From: a virus
Lineage: Duplodnaviria > Caudoviricetes
Virus record (IMG/VR): IMGVR_UViG_3300021387_000109
Location: 12,008-76,007 of that record
Length of the DNA: 64,000 bases
Direction: 5' to 3' (one strand)
The number at the start of each line of letters is the position of its first letter. Within the stretch, counting starts at the first letter, position 1. Below, piece by piece: positions 51,888 to 63,800 of the stretch. The notes below the pieces were generated by a model, which saw only the letters and a list, made by a program, of their open reading frames with translations, was not told where the DNA came from and searched no databases. The translations under genes were made by a program, and so were the position numbers.

Positions 51888-54800
51888 GCTAACATATTTG
51901 GAACAGCCATAAGTGGATGCATAGTAAAGGCATTGGCGAGCATCTCAGGACCAATAGCAAAACTCAGAGTACCTCTGAACATTGCACCTAAGAAGTTATC
52001 TGTAATGATATTGTTAATGCCTAGTAAGCTAGGTGTAGCACAAGCCATTAAAACAAACAATGGATTATTTCTTACAAGAGTACTCATTGAATGAAGCACT
52101 CTAAGTTTGTAGTTCCAGAACCAAGCCAAACCTATATTTTCCAAGTATCCTCTGACTCTACCTGGATGTCTATTGTAATCAACAAAGGCATCTCTCAGTT
52201 CTTCCTGGATCATCTTAGGAGTCCAACCCTTGGCTTCTAAATGCTCTTTAACTATCTGCTTGGCAATAAAGTCACCATACATTAGTGTCTTATTTAATGC
52301 TGTATAAAGAGCAGTATCCTTGGTAATAAGACCATACTTAACTACTGAAGATAGAGAATCAGGAATTGCTGATTCAAGTTTCTTGTAGAGATCTCCACTA
52401 AAATAAGTGGAATCATCAGCAGCAACACCCATTTCTTCTACAGTATTCATATGACCCCAATTAACCAATTGACTTACTGGAGACTCATTAAGAGCCTTTG
52501 TAGTAGAGTCAATAATTGCCTGATACTTATTATGCATGGCTGAACCAGCAGGATAAGAATCTCTCATAGCAACAGCAGATTGAAGTTCAACTGTATTCTT
52601 TAAGTATGCTTCGCTGGCAACCTGTATTTCCTTATATCTCTTAATCATGGTGATAGGACTAATACCATAAGCCATGCAGGTAAAGATATTAGAAATAATG
52701 TTACCGGCTAGAACACTTATAGAACGAACCAGAATAGTTTCTTTGGCTCCCTTAACACCCTTTTGAAGTATTGCTTCACCATTCTTCAGGTAATAAACAC
52801 ACTTGGGTCCAAGGAACAATTTAAGAATATTTGTAATAGTCTCAACAGCTTTGGGAGACATGTTGGTTTTACCAGTAAACATGTCAACCACAGAGAATTC
52901 TCTAATACCAATCACTTCATAGACCAAGTTCCTTGGAACCATAAATACTCCTTCCTTGCCATACTCAGCCTCAATGAGTTTATGGTATCTAGGTGGAAGC
53001 ATATCTAATGCCTCTTTAACAAGAGGATTCTTTTCTGCCAATTCATAAAGATTCACATATTCAGAATCTTTTAATGAATATCCTTTTCTATTTCCAGCAG
53101 CATCTTTTCTACCATTCTTCCAAAGGTCTGCCAACATCTTAAGAGATGAAATGGCAGTAGCCTGAGAACTTACTTCTTCCAAGACACGACCTTGGAAAAT
53201 ACCAATCTGATCAGAGGCTTTATCAGAAGGCTTCAGGTACTTATCTTTAAATTCCTTGGAAACAATAGGTTCAATACCTGACCAATTACCCTTATGATCA
53301 AATACCTGACGGAATGGAATACCTTCTTTAATTAGATCTTGAGCCTTGTTTTGTGGCAATACCTTGCCAAAACTATTAACGCTAAGACCATTATTACTGT
53401 CAGAACCTCTGTAGGACATACGAGTATGTCTGACAATACCTTCAGAGAATCTAGAGTTGCCACCAAAAGGTGTGTACCAGACATTCCTATTTTCCTTGGT
53501 TCTAACAAAGCCAGAATCTGATAAGTCAACATCAGAATACACAATGGATGCTTCAGTAGTCTGCTGTAAAGGAGTAAAGCCCTTATGAGCATTCAGTCTC
53601 ATGCCAAAGGAAATATTTACATTGGCTTTATCCTGAGTATCCAAGGCTTTTTTATAGTTATTAAACATACCTTCCAGACCAGTTAGATCTGTCTTGGCTA
53701 GTTCACTAACTTGAGTAGTATCCATTAAGGATAAAGCCTTCAGAGAAATATACTTGTCAAGATGCTTTGCTCTTTCTAATGCTTTCTGTTGAAGTATCTG
53801 TCTAGATTTACCCTTTTGATAGGAGTTGCTTGCATCCCATACAATGGATAAAGCATTGGTTCTAAGGATACCATTTGCTTCACCTGTAGCAAGATACTTG
53901 GCTAAATTATCAGCAAGTAACTTTTGTTCTGCTGTAAGGTTAGCAGCTTGTAAGGATGCTCTCATTTGAGCACCTCTAGCATTGCCATCAGTAACATACT
54001 TAATAGCATCATTAAAATCAAAGCTGGATGCTAGATCAGTCTTGATTAGATTATTGTAGATAGCTGTATCCTGCTCACCAGTTAACTCATTTTTAAAGAG
54101 TTTTCTTAGAGCATTGGGAACAACGTGAGCAGCCCTATAACGTACAGAGTCTACTTCAGACTTGGATGCATTAAGTTTGTTATAAATTTCAGTAGCACCA
54201 GTTCTTGTATCTGAACCAGTGATATCAAGGCATAACCTACGAATCCATTCAGGCATTTCCTTCTCACCAATGATGCTTAATACAGGCTGTAAACCAGCAT
54301 CAACAAATGGACTTAAAGGAGTATGTCTAAGGACACTCTTAATGCCATTTCTAAGAGCTATATTGGCATTATCTAAAGATTTCTCTATTCTATTTCTCTG
54401 TTGTACCTGATTTAATTTATCTGCATGATCTGCAATAAAGTTAATCAGTTGAGACATCTCTTGTTGAGCATTTCTACCATTAATGTCATAAGAAGACTTT
54501 TGAGCATGCTCAAGCATGTTATTGCCAAAATTCATTAAAGCTCTATCTATAGCCATGCCATGAGTAGCCTTCTTATACTTGGTGTAAGGAATCTTCTTGA
54601 GAACATTCTGGATTTCAGGAGATGCCATAGCCATAGCAAAGAAATGTGCTACACCATAAGATTCTGGATCTTTGGTTGCATCTGTGTTGACAGACTTATT
54701 AATAAATAGAGCATCATACTTAGCCTGACCATTACCACTAAACATGGATGGTTTAATGTGTTCCATAGCATTCTTATAGATCTCGTTCATATATGTGAAC

Positions 54801-57800
54801 TGATTACCTTGGAATGGCTTGGAAATCATCATTAATCCAGCGGCAGATAGAGCAGTTGTTGTATCCAATGGGTCTAATCCAAAAGTTACAAATGCATCTC
54901 TCATACTGTTTTCCATAGCATCAAATACCTTGTTTGGTAGAGGTTTGCTGATGTATGGAGTAAATATACTTCTGAATCTCTGGAAGAACTGATTGCCCGA
55001 TTGAGAAGAACCAGAACCAAGAGAATATAGAGCATTCAATGCTGTTTGAGAGGCAGTAGAAGTTACTCTTGCCTGTGCAGTACCTAGAACACAATGAGCA
55101 AGAACATCGTATTCAGTAACTTCAGGATTAACACCAGGATTTATAAATGTAGGTACATAATCCTTTGCAAAGCCAATTTGGAAAAAGTGTCGGATACCTT
55201 GGATGGTAGCAGCAATAATATCTCTAATTTGCTTTAACCAAGAAGACCCTTTAATTTCATTAATTAAACTATCAGCAAGAGTTTCACCAAAAATTTCTTT
55301 AATCTGAGTTTCATTGGTTGAACCAGATAACATTGCTGTTACATGAGGACTGGTTAAAGCATATGCACAAAATTCTTGCACAGCAACATAATCATTTGGT
55401 GCATTTTTAATTAGTTCTGCAATATCTATAACAGATTTAGAAAAAGAACCAATAAAAGGATTACTTTTATCTTTAGGGTTTTCTAAATAATCATTATATC
55501 GACGTATAAAGTCATTCTTTAAAGTAATGATATGTTCAATTTTATGTACAGCATCTTCACCAGCACTATTACGAAATGCTTCTGGATCAGTAAAGTAATT
55601 ATCTAATGCTGACTGTAAACTCATGTGAATAAGTTCATGCACTAGATTTTGATAAAATGCTGTGTCTTCCTCATCCTTTTGAACTACTACAATTGCTTTA
55701 CTAGCAGCTATGTAAATACCCTTAAGGTTAGTCGGTATACGTTTATTATTACTTTGACCCTTCTCATTTACATCTAAAGCACGAACAAGTTTTCTAGCAT
55801 CCTTTTCAGAAGATACTGTGTAAAGTTTTAGTCCATTAAAAGCATTCTTGAATGCTGGATTATTAAAACTATTCTCCATTAATGCCTTTAAGAATGAACT
55901 TAAATGCATAGCTTGGGGGGATGCAATCTTTTTCTTTCCTTTTCTCTCATTAAGTTTGGAAGATAACTTAAGCATTCTGGTTCTATAGCCATTAATAATC
56001 TCTAATGCTCTCTCTCGGGATACTCCAGAGAAATCTACATAAGATCCATTAATGCCTAAACTATCAAGAAGAATATCTGTCATAGGAGTATTATCAGGAG
56101 TTCTTTCCTTAACAGATCTACTCTTCTCAGATTTTTCTTTAGCCTTATTATCTTCAGCTATTCTATCTTGAGTTGCTTTATCACTTTCATTATTTAATTT
56201 TTTGAGTTTCTTATTGTAGTATTCATTAAGTTTTGCAACGATTGCTTCAGTAGAAGCATCTTTATATTGCATAACTCGATCATAACAAGCCTTTTCTTTA
56301 GGATCTTTAGAATTTTCTAAAGCTTTAAATTCTTCTAAAGACAGGTGTCTTAAAGAACTAACTTGATTTGGATCAATTAATACTGAAATTGCTGGTTCAT
56401 GCGTACCTGCAATTTGTTCATTACACATACCCATACAAAGCTGTGCATAGATTCTTGCCTGTCTGTCATTGTCAAGACGAGTAAGGTTATCTATTAGATC
56501 ATCCCAGATGTTTGACTTGGATGATGGGTCTAAGGATCTCCAATCTAAGAGTTCATTGAAAGCAATTGAAGATCTTGAATCACGTTGTTCAAGATTTAAC
56601 TCAGGATTAATCATACTGTTCTTTTCACCAAACAGTTGATTCATAGCATCTGCTATATTCTGAGCTTCTCTTAAATCTTTAATATATTCTTCAGGCTTAT
56701 GATCCTTATCTCTATTTTTATAAAGATCGTATTCAGACTTAAGGAAAACACCGACACCTGTTTCGTTATATAGATAGTTGTTCTTAGGTTTCTTTCCATT
56801 CTCGTCTGGCATATCATGGAAATTCAATGCATCAAGACGAGACATCATAAATTTAACTAATTCAGCATTCTCAGGCTTTTTCATATTTTCCTGCATATGT
56901 TTGACTGACTCTAAGAGCCAGAAACTGGTATGCATGGTATCATCTGAAAAGATCTTGCCTATAGTCTTAGATGCTTTAATGCCTACTTCTTTAGCGTCAT
57001 TTGGATTGGTTGCTGTTCCGTCATAGATAGTTAAGATATTCTTAAACAGCGCAGACAGATCCATTGCATTAGCAAATGCTACGTCACCCATTGAGAATGT
57101 TGTACCTGGATCAGTAGACATCTTTGGATTTTCTGTCATTCTGACAGTAGACTCTAGCTTATCAGCAGATTTATCTGACATAAGCCCAATCTGATCATCA
57201 GAATTGGTAGAAGCACTTGTCATGGAAACCATGTTAAAAGTAACTTTGGTATTAGCATCCTTACCAATATTGACTAATCCAACAAACTCTTGAGCATACT
57301 GCATGGCAGTATTAAGGTCTTCTGAAGAAAGACCAAGAACAGGCTGTTCTTTCTTATTAACAGCAAGATTCTTTTCCTTGATTATTTGCTGAATCTTATA
57401 GTCATAAACAAATTGGAAAATAGCAGTTGCCAAGTGAGATATGCCAGTTTTTGCTAAAGTTAAAGGTCTAGCCTGTTCATAGGCTTCAGCGTAACCCTTA
57501 TACATTTCCTTGGCAGCAGTACCCTGAAGAAGATTCTTCATGTTCTGTTCTGTCCTTGGAGATATATCAAAAGTCTTGAAACTGAATCTACTGAAATCAC
57601 CAGATTGCAGACCTTTATTAATAATTGTCTGTCTTAAATTATTGGGTTCACCTCTATTATTTTTCTTGGTGATTTCCCAATAATTGGTCTTGAACTTATC
57701 AGACTTATCTTCCCAAGAAATATTGGTTGAATAGACAATCATTGATCCAATGTGATCACTGAATCTTTCTTGAATCTCTTTCCTTAGATCAGCCTCTGCC

Positions 57801-60800
57801 TTATTCTGAGGATATCTATAAGCACTAACAATCTCTCTGAGTTGCTTCATTCTAGCTTCTGGATCAAGATCTTCTAATAGACCTAAATCTGCCATATAGA
57901 AGGCTAGAGCATTAAGATCAGCATTTAGTAATTGATACTCACCTTGGCCTTTACCCCATGTAAGAGTACCAACACCATTAAGTTCATCAGGTTTCTTATA
58001 AATGACAGCATCAACTGGTTTTCCATTAGCATCAATTATGGTTGTAGGTAATCCAGAATGAATTATCTCATCTAGAATTTCATTAGCATCCGAATATAGA
58101 TCTGCAAGATTTCCAATGAAGTGTTTAAGGATATTGCCTGCACAAGCAGCATCAGTACCTGAATAGCCTGTAGGAATAACCTGTTTCTTTAACCAGGTTC
58201 TATCAGCAGAAGCATCTCCTTCTTGCATATGAGCAAGTGCTTCTACCATTGACCCAGAAGCAATCTGAGCAAGAATTTGATCCTTAAAGTTAATGGTTCC
58301 ATTAAGGAAGAAATCAAGCACTTCCTTATAGGCAGTAACCTTATTTCTTGCATGTTTAGCATCTTCAGATGCATCATTAAAGGATGCTACATACTTGTCA
58401 TGGTCGTCTTTAACTTTTTCAGACAAGTGTCTTAAGGCACTATCACCATTCTTGGAATAGAAGTCTGCTGTAGTTTTATATCTTCTTGGCTTAGATGTTA
58501 CTTTAATGGTCATACCATTGTAAGTTATGCCATCTAAGTTCATGGAAGGACCATAAGTTAATTTACCATACCAAGCACGATATCTAGCAAGAGGATGTAC
58601 TTTACCAAAGAACACACCTAAAAGACCTAGACGTTCTAATTCATTAACAGAGAACTGACCTACATTTTGAGTCATGTTCTTTGTACAAGTACCATTAGAC
58701 TTACCATCAAAGTCAATATAAACATCAGTAGTGAAGTTTTTTAACTTCTCTGGATCTTTCTTGGCATCTGTATACTTGATTAATTCATCAAGGCAATGGA
58801 AGAAGTTATTGTTGATATCTCCGTTGTCAATGCCTAAGGCTCTAAGAGTTTTATTAAATGCTAAAGCCTGTGCAATTGTTGGATGTTCAATAGCAAAGTA
58901 CTTTCTAGCCTCTGTAACAATAGGATTCTCAATAGTAACAGTATTACCATTGGCATCTACTGCCTGTACATCACCAAAGGCTTGTTCAAGTTCTGCTGTG
59001 TAATCTTCCTTATTCATGTAGTCTTCAGGCTTAAGACCAAAGATAGCCTGTCCTAGACCACCTAGGAAGTATGATTTAGCATCAGAATCCTTGGAAAGAT
59101 CTATTGTGCTTCTCATGCAAGTAAAGCACTCACGATAAACCTTATTGTTCATCGGATTGGTACCTGCATCCAGTTGGTCTCTATTTGCTCTACTGAATGA
59201 AGGAGCAAAGTGAAGTACATAAGGATCTAGGGCTTTCTGAAGATCAACATTGTCTAATACATCATCAATGGTTGTACCTGTTGGAATCAAGCCATCAGTA
59301 ATACCCTTGCTGATAATACCATTAACTCTATTAATAACATCTTGCAGAGCAAACTGCATTGGTAATGCTTGAGACTGTAAAATTGACTTTTTAATGTCAA
59401 TATCTGTCTCTCTATAGACAGTACCTTGTTGAGCCAGAAGAACATCAACACTTCTTTCTGACATAACATCATAGGAGCCATCTTCTTTTCTGGGCAGACA
59501 TCTTAAATAATTCTTGATATTAGCCCATTCTGCTTTATATTCTTTAGATGCTTTATTTCTACCTGCTTCAATCTGGACTTTATCAAGTTTATCCTTACTA
59601 TGAACCTTCTTAAACTTAGCACTCTTACTAAAGAACTTTCTTACAATACCACTGGTTCCATGATCCAGATCTTGTTTGGTTAAGAAGGTAAATCTATCCT
59701 TCTTGCCTGCTTCTCTATCTTTCTTTAACTGTTCTCTAAAGGCTTCAGAGTAGTCAATATCAACAACAGAAGAATTTTCTTTAGCAAAGATATCATCAAA
59801 GATGGTATCTAAGCCATACTGAGAATACAGTTTAAAGGCATCTTTCTGTTTTGGATCAAACCAGACAAGATCCTTGGTTCTCTTACCAGCATTGGGATTT
59901 TCATATTCCTGTGTTTGATTAGAGTTATTCTGACCTTGTTTGTTATTCTTGCCTTTATGCGCATTAGAACTCTTTGGTGTTCCTGCATGTCTATTTTCAC
60001 TTCCAGCAGAAGCAAAGACATCATTAATGCCATCAAGATTTATATTCTGATTCTGAGTATTACTCTGAGATTGTCCTGCTTGTTTTTTGGTAGGTTCTCC
60101 TTTGCCTTCCTGTAGAACAACCTTAGTAATATTTATGTACTTGGCCTCTTTAAGTGCATGAAGAGCTTCATAAGCCATAGCCTTATAAAGATCCTCTGCA
60201 AGGCCAGAAGGAAGTCTGGTATCAAATTTAACACCAGAATAGTTCATCATCTTAGATGCAATGGATTCCACCATATTGTCAATGGTAGAGCCATACATTA
60301 AAGCACGACCTTGATCTCTCTTCTTTGGATCTTTCAGATAATCACTTAAAGTGACACCATAAGTTTCTTCTACTCTAGATGCATCTAGATAAGATTGTCT
60401 AAGACTTGCTCCAATAGCAGCCTGTAAAGTAGCAGTTGTTAAGCATTCAACAAAATCTTCATCTACCTTAAATTGCTTGTTCTTAAGGGCATCAAAATCT
60501 AAACAATTTAAAGCGAGATACTGCTTGGAATAACCTAATGTAGCATTAAGAGATGCTCTAATATCATCTCTATTGCCTAGACTATTTTTTAGATTGTCAT
60601 AGGCTGTTTTCATCTGCATATTTAAATTATTTGTAAGGGCAGATTTGAAATCTTCTGCCAGTACTTTATTGCAGATATCATTCCAAGATTTCTTAGCATT
60701 TTCATCTGTTTTAGCCAAATCTCTTAACTGACGTAGAGATCTTGCTAAATCAGGATTATTAGCTGTAATGTAGTTAATAAGGTTATCAGCATCTCTATTT

Positions 60801-63800
60801 ATACCGATTAGATGGCTAAAGAACTCTTTATAGGATCTGAATCCAGTTCTCTTAGCTATGTCATCCTTATCAGCAAATTGACCCAATAGAGCCTTTCTAG
60901 CAATACTGCTTCTAGCCTTTGCTGTCTCTGGTTCAATACGATTACTTTCAGTTTTTTCAATAGCCTGTTTGAGTTCTTCATCTGTAATCTGTGAAGAGAT
61001 GTCTATTGGATCTGCATCAGCAATAGATAGGGTATCCCTGTACTCATCTGTAGATTCAAAGGTAGTTCTAGGAGCAGACTTAAGACCTAACTCTGATACG
61101 ATTTCAGGAGAGATATCTAAGACAGTTGAAAGACCTTTTAATAGACCATTCTCAATAAGATTTTCATCTATTGATTCATCTAATTTAGTATTCTTATCAT
61201 AGAAAGGAATGTTAGACTGTTTGGCTAAACTAACCACACCTGGAATACTGTGATAAGCATCAAGGATTGAAAGACCAAAAGCAGCCTGTTTAATAGCACG
61301 TCTAGCGTAAACTCTACTTCTATCATTACCTGGTTCGTAGAATCTTGTAAAGGGTGTTACTTCACCATTCTTTGGAGCAATGGAAGTATATGTAAATCTC
61401 TGTTTTCTTTGCTTTCCATTTTTTCCTAATGTAGGCTTTATACCTTGTTCAATAATTGCATTAGCCTTATTAGTCTCAGCGGCAGTAAGTCTGGCTAGAT
61501 TATGTAAAGCCTTGGCAACATCATCTGCTTTATTTAAAGCAACTCCTTGCTCAAGATCCTTCATTAATTGGAACATGGATCTGCCAGTATCTTCTTTATT
61601 TATACCTTTGGCTGACTTCTCATCTTCAGAAAGACTGTAGAAGTTACTCATGACAGTATCTAGGTTACGTTCGCCATGTTGAATGTCAGTACTGTCTATG
61701 AGTTGTTTTACAGCAGAAATACGAGCATTGATAAGAGCGGCAATCTCTTTATCCTTTCTAGAGATACCTGACTCTTTAGGTGCATTAACAATCTTCTTGG
61801 TGGTATCTATAATACTATCCACCTTGTCTATGGGAATATTCTTATCAGAAGATTGGCTCAGAGCAAACAGTAAAGTATTTAGATTAGACTTACCCTTTCT
61901 TGAGGGTGTAATGGTTGACTGTGACCCTTCAGAAACAGGTTGAGTTTTCTCAGGATTGGCCTCATTTAGAACAGCGTCAATACCACCTGCCTGTTCAACA
62001 TAGTAGTCAGCGGCTTCTTGAATATTTTGTTTTAAGCCAACATCATTAAAAGCATTTTCTCTGCTCTTAAGAGTATTAATGTAATCCTGAGTTTGCTTCT
62101 TTAAATTCTCTGAACCAGAGTTCTCAGCGGCTTCATTAAGAGTCTTGATATCCTCATCAGAAACAGAGAGAGATTCTGCTAGTTCTAGAGTAGCAGCAGC
62201 TGCGGCAGCTCTTGCATCATCAGACTTGGTAGTATCAGTGTAGGCATCACGGAGAACCTTAAATTGTTCTTTAAGGCTTGGCTTAGATACAATATTACCT
62301 TCTTCATTGGTTTCACCATCTCTAGCCTTAATAAACTTATCCTTGGTATCCTGATCCAGAGTATCAAAGATATCCTGTGAGAACTTTCTTCTCTTATTGA
62401 GATCATTTTCAAAGACTTTTTTAAGACCTGCTTTTCTACCTTCAGAAATAGAATCATCTTCATCAATTTGCTGTGCAATATTTGCATTAACAGAACTGAT
62501 ACTAGAAGCAGATTCAAGAGGTGTCTCAGATGCTTTAGCAGTTTCTCCACTAGTTTCCTGAGTATCTTCTTTAGATCCAGTAATCTTATTCTTAAGGTAC
62601 ATAGCACCTTGGGCTGCACCACCAAAAGTATTGACAGCAGTACGAGGTGCAGTCATGCCAAGGGTACCAACTACAGCACCACCCATAGCCTTACCAACAC
62701 CTTCACCAAGATCTTGGTTTCTATCAACATATTGTTGACTTAGAAGATTCTGTAAGTACTGACCACCACCTTCAGTAGCCATTTCTTCCAAATACTCTGG
62801 AGTCATTTCCAGTTGAGTACCAGCGGCTTTTCTAATAGGATTAAAGCCTGCTTTTGGAGAAAGACGAGTAGCGGCTCTAGTAAATGGTCTTTCAAGGAAT
62901 TGGGTTGCAGGAGAAAGCAGGGAGGCTAGTAAACCTGTACCAATACCGCTCTTGAGAGCAACATTATGAGCAATATCTTCTCTTGCCTGTTGCTCTGCTT
63001 CTGCTTGGGATTTACCTTCCTGCTGATATCTTTGAACTAACTCACCAAATACTGGAGAAGATTCATAAAGACTTTCTGTAGTTACCTTAGTTGGATCAAG
63101 AAGTTCAGTCAAGGCTTGAGAGAACTGTCCACCACCTTCCATGCCAAACTGAGATACTGCCCAAGGTGTATATTTCTCAAGTCTGGGCATTTGAGCAGGA
63201 ATCTGTTCAACAGCGGCTGTTCTTTCAGCAGCTTTGGCTAACTGTTCTGTAGCAGATCCCATGAATCCTTTAGATGCTCTAGCAACACCATTCATTAGTC
63301 CTCTGGTTCCAGCACCGGCTATACCAGCACTAACCATTGAACCAATGCCTTCTGCACCTAATTTTTGCCAATTACCTGTCTTAAAAGCATTAGAGATAGA
63401 ACCAAGGAAGTTTCTGCCACCTCTCTTAAACATTGCTTCAGTAGGAGACATTCCATTCTTAATGTCTTCTTCATACTGAGCCTGATTTCTAGCAGTATCT
63501 CTGGCTTCTTCTCTTTCAAAGAGTCTTTCTTGTGCCTGTTCTGCAACTGAACCAAGAGAACGAGAATATTCTCTAGCAGCATTAGATAAATTGGCTAGAC
63601 CTTGAGATACACCTCTAGCACCAATCAAGCCTGTTCCAAAAGAGGCTAGATCAACTAATCCAGTACCAACACCTGTTGCTACATTTTTTGTGGTATCTAG
63701 TATGGTATCACCAAGAGTTTTTGTGGTTGAAGCCATATAATCTCTAGACTCATCTAACCCTTCTTGGGTTCTTTGTCTAATAGCATCGGCTGTACCAGCA